A DNA stretch of 64,000 nucleotides from an uncultured delta proteobacterium (GTDB taxonomy: Bacteria; Desulfobacterota; Syntrophobacteria; Syntrophobacterales; Syntrophobacteraceae): NCBI GenBank assembly GCA_963808625.1, contig CAWEHK010000029.1, forward strand, positions 32,001 through 96,000, given 5' to 3'. Of this stretch, positions 1 to 9,124 are shown one piece after another. The position numbers were made by a program, and so were the translations under genes. How positions within the stretch are numbered: position 1 is the first letter of the stretch; the number at the start of each line of letters is the position of its first letter. The notes below the pieces were generated by a model. The model worked only from the letters and a program-made list of their open reading frames with translations. It was not told the origin of the DNA and searched no databases.

Positions 1-61
1 AAGCACGGTTTTCCCCGTTCGAAGGCATACCTTTCAAATGTGAAGGCGTTTCACAATCACT

Positions 62-391
62 TTAGAGGTTGTGAAACGTGCAAACCAGATAGAATTCTCC
101 GTTGGTCTTCTTCAATCCACGCAAAAGGAAGCCTCGAAGACCGCCGTTCTTTATCTGTCCAAAGACAGGCTCGAGGCTCTTTTTGCGTTTCCGGTAGATC
201 TGCCGTGGAGATTGCGGTTCGATCTTCTCGTTCATCTCCTGGTGCAACGGTTCTTTATCATCTGTGTGAATACTGCGAGGTTCCTCTTTCTGAGACTTGC
301 AACGGCGAACTCGGTAAGAGGATGCGTCACAATCTTCCCTCTTCGCCCGATAAATCCGCTTGCCGTCCTCTCCTGTCTGGTTCAACTCCAA
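62..391 (-). pseudogene. IS1182/IS4-like DDE transposase C-terminal remnant
   Basis: Translation contains IYRKRKKSLEPVFGQIKNGGLRGFLLRGLKKTNGEFYLVCTFHNL, the typical C-terminal motif of IS1182-type transposases. No N-terminal part was found. Confidence 0.75.
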
Positions 392-577
392 GGCCTTACC
401 ACAAGCACAGGTGCAATAAGCGGGAAGGAGCGCGTCAATTTTTTAGGACTCAAGCACCCTTCGGGGTAAGTGCTAAGCTTAATCCGAAGGCCCCCAAACC
501 CCCAAGGCCAGATAGTCCTTGTAACGTTGAGTTCTTTTATTGTATTTCTAAACTGTATGTTCAGGAATGCAAGGAGT

Positions 578-1747
578 ATGGTGGTCATGATCCAACGTCC
601 ACAAGTCATGAAAGCGGTTGCGACCGCGCTTGAAGAAAGCGCAGTGTGCGCTCTCATTGGGCCTCGCCAATGCGGTAAGACCACCCTGGCACGCCAGATA
701 GGAGAGAAGCAAGAGGCGCACTTCTTCGACCTTGAAACGGCTACCGGTCGTGCCCGGCTGGAACATTCACCGGAATTGACGCTGAGCGAGCTGCATGGAC
801 TGGTCGTCATCGATGAAATCCAGCGTCTGCCGGGGCTGTTCAGCACTTTACGTCCGCTGACCGACCGTCTCGATCACCCGGCGCGGTTTCTCATCCTGGG
901 CAGTGCTTCACCGGAGCTGGTGAAGGGGGCTTCCGAGTCCCTTGCCGGCCGGTTGAGTTTCGTGGACCTGGGCGGATTCCGTCTGGATGAGGTGGGCGTG
1001 GACAATCTTCCCGCACTGTGGCTGCGCGGCGGTTTTCCGAGATCGTTTTTGGCGGCAAGCGACGGCGCCAGCGAGCGATGGCGGCGGAATTTTATCCGCA
1101 CGTTTCTCGAACGGGACATTCCCCTGTTGGGCATCCGCATTTCCGCAGAGACCCTGCGGCGATTCTGGATGATGGTCGCCCACTATCACGGGCAAATCTG
1201 GAACGGGGCCGAATTGGCGCGTTCGTTCGGCGTGTCCGAAACTACGGTGAGGCACTATCTCGATCTGCTGACCGGCGCCTATGTGCTGCGGCAGCTACCG
1301 CCCTGGTTCGAAAACATCGGCAAGCGGCAATATAGAGCCCCCAAGGTCTATGTCCGCGATACCGGACTCCTGCATAGCCTGCTGGGTATCCGGCGGCGTG
1401 ACGAACTCCTGGGGCACCCGAAGCTGGGAGCTTCATGGGAAGGGTTCGCTATTGAGCAGGTACTGGATGTTGCAGGGGCCACCGAGGCATTTTACTGGGG
1501 TACCCATGCAGGGGCGGAGCTGGACCTGGTTCTTTTTCGCGGTGGCAGGCGCTACGGGGTCGAGTTCAAACGTGCCGATGCCCCGCTGATGACCAAATCA
1601 CTGCACATTGCACTGGAGGATTTGAAGCTGGACCGGGCATGGATTGTCTATCCTGGAAAGGAACGCTATCCTGTGCATGAAAAGGTGCAGGTGTGCCCGC
1701 TGCCGGAACTGTTGGAAGAAATCGCAGGCCAGGGGTTGTCCCTATGA
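578..1747 (+). CDS. AAA+ ATPase (AAA_14) with C-terminal DUF4143-like domain
   Basis: Walker A GPRQCGKTT, Walker B VVIDEIQ, ILGSAS, PKVYVRDTGLLH and ELDLV motifs. RBS aaggag at 571-576; start could be 578 or 587. Confidence 0.85.
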   Translation: MVVMIQRPQVMKAVATALEESAVCALIGPRQCGKTTLARQIGEKQEAHFFDLETATGRARLEHSPELTLSELHGLVVIDEIQRLPGLFSTLRPLTDRLDHPARFLILGSASPELVKGASESLAGRLSFVDLGGFRLDEVGVDNLPALWLRGGFPRSFLAASDGASERWRRNFIRTFLERDIPLLGIRISAETLRRFWMMVAHYHGQIWNGAELARSFGVSETTVRHYLDLLTGAYVLRQLPPWFENIGKRQYRAPKVYVRDTGLLHSLLGIRRRDELLGHPKLGASWEGFAIEQVLDVAGATEAFYWGTHAGAELDLVLFRGGRRYGVEFKRADAPLMTKSLHIALEDLKLDRAWIVYPGKERYPVHEKVQVCPLPELLEEIAGQGLSL

Positions 1748-1814
1748 AATACCTTCGGTCCCGACCGGAAGTCGCTCAGGCTTAACCCTTTCTTTGCTGG
1801 GCAATACCCGAAGT

Positions 1815-1960
1815 TGTCTCAGGAAACAGAACTGTCTCTTAATTGAATTTGAGACACCATCGCTCATTCGATTTTGTGAACTTTGGATGGCAGACGAACC
1901 ATCTCGGCTGGTTTCCACTTTCCTTGTTATCTGTGGATGATTTGTCTCAAAAGTGTTTCA
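1815..1960 (+). promoter_or_regulatory. Putative sigma-54 enhancer array, copy 1
   Basis: TGTCTCA 1815, TGTCTCT 1833 - 10 nt - TGAGACA 1850, TGTCTCA 1943, TGTTTCA 1954. Same layout as 7027-7176. Confidence 0.7.
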
Positions 1961-2053
1961 GGATAAAGCCGCACTGGCTGCCAATTCTTCTTCCTTTTCT
2001 TCAACATGTTGAAAATGTTATGGTTGCGGCGGCGACCATGGGGGGCTCTTGTT

Positions 2054-2069
2054 TGGCACGGCTCTTGGA
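2054..2069 (+). promoter_or_regulatory. Putative sigma-54 -24/-12 promoter
   Basis: TGGCACGGCTCTTGGA: consensus TGGCACG -24 box, but -12 reads TTGG instead of TTGC. Distance from the enhancer array is nearly the same as for the promoter at 7273. Confidence 0.6.
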
Positions 2070-2197
2070 TTTCCGTTCTATCGGGAAATAGGAGGGGATC
2101 GGCTTTCGGCAGGAAGTTTTGGAGAAATGGTTGAGGTCGGAGGCTGGCATGGAAAAGGCCCGAACCAGGTGGACATGGAGCAGACAGGAGGTTAACG

Positions 2198-2404
2198 GTG
2201 GCGAAACCGGAAGAAATATATCAGTGCCAGACGGTGAACTGTGGTTATCTTTATGATCCCGACCGGGGTGATAGAAAAAGTAAGACGCCTAAGGGCACCG
2301 CGTTTGAGGACCTCCCCGACGATTGGAAATGCCCCGTGTGTGGCGCCGGCAAAAAGATGTTCCGACCGCTTCGCGGTCCCGGGTCGGTAGCCGAAGAAAA
2401 ATAG
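2198..2404 (+). CDS. Rubredoxin
   Basis: [12 protein letters not shown]...[22 protein letters not shown] before a GTG start. Confidence 0.92.
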   Translation: MAKPEEIYQCQTVNCGYLYDPDRGDRKSKTPKGTAFEDLPDDWKCPVCGAGKKMFRPLRGPGSVAEEK

Positions 2405-2478
2405 TGATGGGCATGAATGGGATCATACGTTCCAGGGCGGAAGGGACATTGGGCGTCTGAGGTGCTCGGGAGGTGATG

Positions 2479-2670
2479 ATGGCGAAGGAACATATTCCGG
2501 CAGGAAGCAAGGTCGCTCCGGGAAAATATCGTTGCAATGCCTGTGCGAACCAGTATGAATGCACCCTGGAAGGTGAAGAGCTTCCCCTGTGTCCGGTTTG
2601 CGACAGTGCCTCGTGGCGGACCCAGCAACTCTCAAGAGAGGCGAGTGGGAGGAAGAATGAGCGCCCATGA
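2479..2670 (+). CDS. Small zinc-ribbon/rubredoxin-like protein
   Basis: GKYRCNAC...LPLCPVC (two CxxC pairs); GGAGG RBS upstream. Confidence 0.7.
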   Translation: MAKEHIPAGSKVAPGKYRCNACANQYECTLEGEELPLCPVCDSASWRTQQLSREASGRKNERP

Positions 2671-2878
2671 TGTGACGATTTTTCGACCGTATGACTTTGC
2701 CGTTGGCGAAAAGATCACCATTGCAGGCGGACCGCGCCGGGGTGATTGGGAAGTCATCGGGTTAAGCGAGCGGAAAGTGCAACTGCGCTGTCCGGTTACG
2801 CAACGCGAGGTGGAGTGGGACCGCTTCTGTTACTACGTGGAAAATGTCGCGGAGGTGGAATGGCCTCATCTTGACTGA
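2657..2878 (+). CDS. Small hypothetical protein (73 aa)
   Basis: GGAGG RBS; overlaps the end of the previous gene; MSAHDVTIFRPYDF...EWPHLD. Confidence 0.65.
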   Translation: MSAHDVTIFRPYDFAVGEKITIAGGPRRGDWEVIGLSERKVQLRCPVTQREVEWDRFCYYVENVAEVEWPHLD

Positions 2879-2949
2879 CATCTAGGCCAAGAGCAGTTTT
2901 TACGCGCCAATTTGGCGCCTATTAGAATGACCATGACCAGGAGGATGCG

Positions 2950-3387
2950 ATGGAACTTCCGGTATACGTAACTGTGGATGAAGTAAAGAGGGTGTGCCAG
3001 GCCCTCAAGATCAGTGACTGGACGGCCCTGACCGAGGCCAAGGTGCGGCCCGAAGAGGCGGCTGTTGTTCTTGCCGAGATAAACCAGGAAGGCATGCCGA
3101 TCACCCTGGAGCGGTTCTGCCGGGGACTCGAGGTGGAGCTGGAGCACGGTATTCGTTTTAAGGACGCCAATGTGACCAACAATCACCCGATCCTTACGGG
3201 CAAGATCGTCCTGGCTCATTTCAAGGAAATGCTTGACTACTACGAACGCCTTGAGGTTGCCGAACTGGAAGGTGATTTGCTGAAAGCGATGGTTGCCGGT
3301 AACGCTCAAAAGGTTGCATCCTACTACCGGAGACTTGTTGCAGCGAAGCTTGAGCTGATTCAGGCTGAGTCGGAGCAATTGCCTTAG
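2950..3387 (+). CDS. DUF5661-like protein
   Basis: GLEVELEHG...TGKIVLAHFKEMLDYYERL motif; GGAGG RBS. Confidence 0.7.
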   Translation: MELPVYVTVDEVKRVCQALKISDWTALTEAKVRPEEAAVVLAEINQEGMPITLERFCRGLEVELEHGIRFKDANVTNNHPILTGKIVLAHFKEMLDYYERLEVAELEGDLLKAMVAGNAQKVASYYRRLVAAKLELIQAESEQLP

Positions 3388-3419
3388 TGCAACTCCGCAT
3401 CAATGAGTGTCCGAAGCGA

Positions 3420-3577
3420 GATCGTCATACCGGCGGAAGCAGGGGTCCAGGACCCCACGGAAAAACTGGGTTCCGGCTTTCGCCCATCTGCGTTAAGTTG
3501 ATGAGTTTTCACGTGATACTGAATGCTTACAGAAATGACGATTGAGAGCGTCCTGACGATTTTGAGATAGTTTCTCT
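3420..3577. repeat. REP-like palindrome / degenerate MITE
   Basis: gtcataccggcggaagcaggggtccag...ctgggttccggctttcgcc resembles 13272-13340; right end ttttgagatagtttct resembles 13353-13368. Confidence 0.55.
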
Positions 3578-3605
3578 AGGGTCGAGGGCGAAATGGGGTG
3601 GCCTT

Positions 3606-5528
3606 TTGAAGGTTATGGAAGGGAGTATTTTCTTGAGGAGAGCAAGAATATCAGCTGTTGACTTGAAGTGTGGGATGCCTCTCCTGCTGTTTTTGCTCTT
3701 CTTCGTTACGGCGTGTGCAACGCCGGTCGGTGTGACCAGGATCGATCCCCGTAGTGTCCATCAGGAACTGACGAGCAATGTCCTCTCTACGGGGACGCCG
3801 AGCGGGTCCGACTGAAATTGTGCTCAATCGGCATGATCTTCATGAGCGGTTCGCGAAAGATCCGGAGGCTGCTCTTGGCGCCCTTCACCAGATCGTTGTT
3901 TCCGGGAGAGGTGGGGCGGACGAAATCGCTGCCCTGGCGGAGCTCTCTTTTCTTCACGCCGAAAAAACCAGGAAACGCTCCTACTACCTGGCGGCATCAG
4001 TCTATGCCTGGGCTTTTCTCTTCCCGGAAGGGGCAGGTGAGCCCCCTAGACCAGCTTTGACCCTCGTTTTCGCCTCGCTTGCGATATTTACAACCGGGGG
4101 CTGACGTCGGGGTTCCAATCGGAGGATGGCTCGGCGGTGGTGCTCCATTCCGGGACCTTCGAGCTGCCCTTCGGCAAACTGGAAGTGGATTTCGACCGTA
4201 CCTCGATGGAATGGTATGGCCGGGAGCTGGTCGATTTTGCAACCAGTTGCCGAGCTTGATGTGTGGGGTTTGAGGAACCGTTATCGCCAGTCCGGTATCG
4301 GAGCCCCGCTGGCAGCCAGGACGGTACTTCCGGATGCGAGCAAGGGGTCTAAGGACCTGGTCGGAGCGAAAGTCCGGGTGCCGGTGACCCTGGTCCTGCG
4401 CCTCGGTGACGTCAAGAATGAGTTGGGTGAGGGCTTCATCCGTCGGCTCTATGAGGATTTACGCTACCGATGACGTGGCTTCGGTGCGCATCGGTGAGCG
4501 TACGGTTCCCCTTGAAGCGGAGCCTACCGCTTCCCTGGCCGTCGTGCTGGCGGACCCGAATCTCTGGGAGATGGAGCTCAAGGCCTTCTTCGGGGGAGAA
4601 TACATACGAAAATTCCTGCACCAAACCTCGCGTCAAAGCCAGCTCGTTGCCCTGCATCCCTATCAGCCCGGCCTTATCCCCGTGGTGTTTGTGCATGGCA
4701 CCGCTTCCAGCCCAGGCCGCTGGGCCGAAATAACCAATGAACTCCGTAATGACCCCTTGATAAGGGAGCATTTCCAGTTCTGGTATTTCTTCTACGACAG
4801 CGGGAACCCGATCGCCTATTCGGCCATGCTGCTCCGGGACGCATTGACCGAGACGTTGCAGAGGCTCGATCCGGAGGGGAAAGACCCGGCCCTTCACGAG
4901 ATGGTCATCATCGGGCACAGCCAGGGTGGCCTCCTCGCCAAGATGACCGCAATCGACTCGGGAACAAAGTTTTGGGACGGTTTGAGCAACAAACCTTTCG
5001 ATCAGGCCGAAATGAAGGAAGAGACGCGCGACCTCCTGCGCCGGGGGCTCTTTGTTAAACCGCTTCCCTTTGTGAAGCGGCTGATTTTTATTGCTACCCC
5101 CCAGCGGGGCAGTTTCATCGCCGGATGGGGCATCGTCAAACGGCTCACGGGCCTGCTGCTGAAACCTGCCACGACCGTCCTGTCGATCACCACCGATGTC
5201 CTTTTTCTGGGCAAACGGATGCCTTCGCCATGAACCTGCAAAAACGTGTGCCCAGCAGCGTGGATAACATGAACCCCCGCAACCCCTTCATCAAGACCCT
5301 GGCCTCAATCCCGGTGGCCCCGGGTGTGGCTTATAACTCCATCATTTCGGTCAAGCAGAGACCGACATCGAGAACGGGGATGATGGCGTTGTGAAATACC
5401 AGAGCGCCCATCTGAGCGATGCCGAGTCCGAACGGGTGGTGCATTCGGACCACTCGTGCCAGGGCAATCCCTACACCATCGAAGAGGTCCGACGGATCCT
5501 GCTTCTTCAAGTCTCAACCAAAAATTGA
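3606..5528 (+). CDS. Alpha/beta-hydrolase (lipase/esterase) lipoprotein, split by several frameshifts
   Basis: Lipobox-like FFVTAC; PVVFVHGTASSP, GHSQGG nucleophile elbow, DGVVKY and HSDHSCQ motifs spread over consecutive ORF fragments. Confidence 0.75.
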
Positions 5529-5698
5529 CCATGACCGAGTCCCTCCGGCGGCGGCATCGCCGATACTGATGCTGCCGCCATTTGTTCGGCCTGCCCGTTT
5601 GTGATTTTCCTTTTTTCTTCCCTTTTTTGAAAAATATCTGTAGTTTTAGCCAGTTCGAAGGAAGAGTCGCCCTGCCCCATAGCGATCGAGGCGTTAGG

Positions 5699-7036
5699 AT
5701 GAACAATTTGGACCTGGAAAGCCTGTTAGCCGACAAGAGAAACCTGGAGCAAATCCTTGACAACCTGATGGAAGGGATCATTGCTCACGACAAAGGCCGG
5801 CGCATCCTGTTTTTCAACCGGGCGGCCGAGGCTATCACGGGGTTTCGGAAAGAGGAAGTGATCGGCAGGGACTGTCATGTGGTTTTGGGGGGGCCCTTTT
5901 GTGGCAGCAGGTGCTCGTTTTGCGGGGAGGCGCCCAGTAGTCTCACCCATGCCAGTTATCCTTTAAACATCCTCACGAAGAGCGGGGAGACTCGCCACAT
6001 CGAAATGTCCGTGACGGGGATGACGGATGAAAAGGGGTGTTTTGTCGGCGTCCTGGCGGCCTTTCGCGATATGACCGACCTGATCGGCCTGAGGACTCGC
6101 CTGGGTGAACTTACGAGTTTTGCCGGAATCATCGGCCGCGACCAGAAGATGCTCAAGATTTTTGAAGAAATTCGGGATTTGGCGACGAACGATTTTACCG
6201 TGCACGTTAGCGGCGAAACAGGCACGGGCAAGGAATTGGTAGCCGCCGCCATCCACCATGAAAGTCACCGTAGCGGCGGACCGTTTGTGCCCGTAAACTG
6301 CGGGGCGCTCCCGGAAGGATTGCTCGAAAGCGAGCTCTTCGGTCATGTGAGGGGGGCGTTCTCCGGGGCGATTCGCGACAAAAAGGGGCGTTTCGAGCTT
6401 GCCCACGGCGGCACGATTTTCCTCGACGAAGTGTCCGACCTGCCGAAACCGATGCAGGTGAAGTTGCTCCGGGTCCTCCAGGAGGGCGCTTTTGAACGCG
6501 TCGGAGGGGAAAAAACCATCACCGTCGATGTGCGGGTGATCAGCGCCGCCAATCGTGACCTGAAGCGGGAGATGGAAAAACAGAATTTTCGGGAAGACCT
6601 CTATTATCGGTTGAATGTCGTACCGATCCGTTTACCGGCACTGCGGGAGCGGAAAAACGACATTCCTCCGCTCGTTGCCCACTTTCTGGAAGAGGCGGCA
6701 AAGCGAGGCCAGGGTTCGAAAGGAATCTCCAAAGAGGCCCTCTCGCTCATGATGAAGTATTCCTGGCCGGGCAATGTCAGGGAGTTGCGGAATGCCGTTC
6801 ATTTTGCTCTGGTCACTTCGAAAGGGAGCGTGATCACTCCGGAGAATTTGCCCATCGAACTCCGTAAAGACGCTTTGGGCGGTGCCAAACCGGGACCTTC
6901 CAAGAAGCTTGGAGAAGATGCGGTCATCGCAGCGTTGAAGGAATCAGGCGGCAACAAAGCCAAAGCAGCCAAACTCCTCGGCGTCGGCCGGGCAACCCTG
7001 TACCGTTTTCTTGCAGACCTGCATGGTGTTTCATAA
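5699..7036 (+). CDS. PAS-domain sigma-54-dependent transcriptional activator
   Basis: N-terminal PAS with C-x8-C-x3-C-x2-C; GETGTGKE, ESELFGHVRGAFSGA (GAFTGA variant), WPGNVREL; C-terminal Fis-type HTH. Confidence 0.93.
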   Translation: MNNLDLESLLADKRNLEQILDNLMEGIIAHDKGRRILFFNRAAEAITGFRKEEVIGRDCHVVLGGPFCGSRCSFCGEAPSSLTHASYPLNILTKSGETRHIEMSVTGMTDEKGCFVGVLAAFRDMTDLIGLRTRLGELTSFAGIIGRDQKMLKIFEEIRDLATNDFTVHVSGETGTGKELVAAAIHHESHRSGGPFVPVNCGALPEGLLESELFGHVRGAFSGAIRDKKGRFELAHGGTIFLDEVSDLPKPMQVKLLRVLQEGAFERVGGEKTITVDVRVISAANRDLKREMEKQNFREDLYYRLNVVPIRLPALRERKNDIPPLVAHFLEEAAKRGQGSKGISKEALSLMMKYSWPGNVRELRNAVHFALVTSKGSVITPENLPIELRKDALGGAKPGPSKKLGEDAVIAALKESGGNKAKAAKLLGVGRATLYRFLADLHGVS

Positions 7037-7176
7037 TACACTTATGTCTCATAATTATTTGTGAGACAGTTTCCGGGTCATCCCATGCGGCCCTCTCGCG
7101 GCTGCAAAGCGCATTGCCGGGACCCGAAAACGCCCATTGCCCTGCCGCACCCTTCGGGTGTTTCACGGATGTCTCA
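7027..7176 (+). promoter_or_regulatory. Putative sigma-54 enhancer array, copy 2
   Basis: TGTTTCA 7027, TGTCTCA 7045 - 10 nt - TGAGACA 7062, TGTTTCA 7159, TGTCTCA 7170. Confidence 0.72.
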
Positions 7177-7272
7177 GTACCTGCCGAATAATCTTCCTGC
7201 AGGCTTCATGTCTTTTGATTAACAATCCGAAGTTACTAGTATTTATCACTTTGAAGCTGAGCCGCAGGGAAA

Positions 7273-7288
7273 TGGTATGGACCCTGCA
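7273..7288 (+). promoter_or_regulatory. Putative sigma-54 -24/-12 promoter
   Basis: TGGTATGGACCCTGCA fits GG-N10-GC and lies upstream of the rubrerythrin operon. Confidence 0.7.
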
Positions 7289-7342
7289 TTAAACGAGCAG
7301 TGTGTTGCAATAACAAGCTACTATTCTGCCGGAGTGTGCCGC

Positions 7343-7552
7343 ATGATAAGGCCTTGTAATGAAAAGATTCTCAGGACCCTGGAGGTGGCTGAGCGGATGA
7401 TCGAAATCGCAGACGAGGGCGACATGGTGCGGGAAGACGGCGGATGTGGCGTGTTGTATGGCGTTCTCCGGGATTCTGCGTATAAGATCAAGAAGCTGGC
7501 GGAAGAGGAAAAGGATGCCCACGTGAGGAAGGGGTGGTGGGGTCCGGCTTAA
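7343..7552 (+). CDS. Small helical hypothetical protein, first gene of the operon
   Basis: MIRPCNEKILRTLEVAERMIEIADEGD...GCGVLYGVLRDSAYKIKKLAEEE; GGAG RBS upstream. Confidence 0.7.
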   Translation: MIRPCNEKILRTLEVAERMIEIADEGDMVREDGGCGVLYGVLRDSAYKIKKLAEEEKDAHVRKGWWGPA

Positions 7553-7633
7553 TGCCCACCCCCAGGGAGTTGCGTGGACGTGTTTGATTGAGTCAACAGC
7601 GAGATAACTTTATCCAAAATTAGGGAGGACAAG

Positions 7634-8128
7634 ATGACGAGAACAGAACAAAATTTGTTGGATGCTTTCGCGGGGGAATCTCAGGCCAACCGCAAGTACC
7701 TGGCTTACGCCAAACAGGCGGACAAGGAGGGTTATCCTCAGGTCGCGAAACTTTTCAGGGCCGCCGCTGAAGCCGAAACAGTCCATGCTCATGCCCATCT
7801 GCGCACTCTTGGCAAGATCAAGAGCACCGCCGACAACCTGAAAGATGCGATTGCCGGGGAGACCCATGAGTTCAAGAGCATGTATCCGGCGATGATCGCA
7901 GCTTCCCGGGAAGAAGGCAATAAGGCGGCAGAACGCAGCTTCAGCTATGCCAACGAGGTCGAGGAATACCACGCCGGTCTCTACGAAAAAGCTCTCGAAA
8001 AGATGGCGGCCCTGGAGCAAGTCGATTACTATGTCTGCTCGGTTTGCGGCTACACCTGTGAAAAGGAGCCGCCGGGGACATGTCCGGTGTGCGGTTCGAA
8101 CGCCAAGGTGTTTTTCAAGGTGGACTGA
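7634..8128 (+). CDS. rbr: Rubrerythrin
   Basis: AFAGESQANRKY, EAETVHA and ETHE diiron motifs plus C-terminal CSVCG...CPVC. Confidence 0.93.
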   Translation: MTRTEQNLLDAFAGESQANRKYLAYAKQADKEGYPQVAKLFRAAAEAETVHAHAHLRTLGKIKSTADNLKDAIAGETHEFKSMYPAMIAASREEGNKAAERSFSYANEVEEYHAGLYEKALEKMAALEQVDYYVCSVCGYTCEKEPPGTCPVCGSNAKVFFKVD

Positions 8129-8140
8129 GAGGAGGTCAAA

Positions 8141-8644
8141 TTGGCAAAAGCACTTGTTGTTTTCGCGACCAGAACCAATCAGACGAGAAGGATAGCCGAA
8201 CTGATCGCCGAAGGCATGCGCTTCGAGAGCGTCGATGTAACCCTGGTGAATGCCAACGAAGTCGAAAAGAAGGGCATCAAGCTGGACGATTATGATGCTT
8301 ACGTCCTCGGGTCGGCTACTTATCACGGAGAAATGCTTCAGGCGATGAAGACCTTTCTCTTTATGCTCGAAAAAGCAAACGTGGAAGGCAAGGTGGGAGG
8401 CGCTTTCGGGGCCTTCGGTTGGAGTGGAGAAGCTCCCGGTCGAATTTTTGAAACGATGCAAAACGTATTCAACATGAAGATGGTGAGAGATGCGTTGCGG
8501 CTGAAGTCTGCTACCCTGGGGGGCGGCATCAAAATGGCCCAGGATTATGGCAGGGAAATTGCCAAAAACTTGCTTGAGGCAGGAAACGTTTCTCTGTGGT
8601 TTCTTCGGCGATTGCTTGGATGTTTGGAAGCCCCGTGTTTTTGA
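8141..8644 (+). CDS. Flavodoxin-domain protein
   Basis: [32 protein letters not shown] start after GGAGG; exact C-terminus uncertain. Confidence 0.85.
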   Translation: MAKALVVFATRTNQTRRIAELIAEGMRFESVDVTLVNANEVEKKGIKLDDYDAYVLGSATYHGEMLQAMKTFLFMLEKANVEGKVGGAFGAFGWSGEAPGRIFETMQNVFNMKMVRDALRLKSATLGGGIKMAQDYGREIAKNLLEAGNVSLWFLRRLLGCLEAPCF

Positions 8645-8658
8645 AAAAGGAGATCTTT

Positions 8659-9033
8659 ATGGCGGAACAACTGCAGGTCTATAAATGTGAACTGTGCGGA
8701 AACATTGTTGAGGTTCTTCATGGCGGTGGGGGTGAACTGGTCTGTTGTGGTCAGCCGATGAACCTGTTTGTCGAGAACACCGTGGATGCGTCCAGGGAAA
8801 AGCATGTACCGGTCATCGAAAAGACGGACGCCGGGGTAAAGGTAAAGATTGGCTCGGTAGCGCATCCCATGGAAGACAAACATTACATCGAGTGGATTGA
8901 AATCGTGGCGGGGGACAAGGCATACCGCCAATTCCTGAAACCGGGTCAGGCCCCGGAGGCTTTATTCTGCATCGATGCCTGGCCGGTGACGGGGCGGGAA
9001 TACTGTAATCTGCACGGCCTTTGGAAGGCCTAG
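8659..9033 (+). CDS. dfx: Desulfoferrodoxin (superoxide reductase)
   Basis: YKCELCGN...[33 protein letters not shown]. Confidence 0.95.
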   Translation: MAEQLQVYKCELCGNIVEVLHGGGGELVCCGQPMNLFVENTVDASREKHVPVIEKTDAGVKVKIGSVAHPMEDKHYIEWIEIVAGDKAYRQFLKPGQAPEALFCIDAWPVTGREYCNLHGLWKA

Positions 9034-9124
9034 AAAATGGTTGTCAGTCCTCATAACCTGCATCCAGCACCGCGCAGGGAGATGGGGACTGGCGTCCTAA
9101 AAAATAAGAACGGGGGAGATTTGT

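Noticed and set aside
2146..2161. Alternative sigma-54 promoter TGGCATGGAAAAGGCC
   Set aside because: It fits GG-N10-GC but has a poor -12 context, and the 2054 site matches the spacing of the second operon. Not fully excluded.
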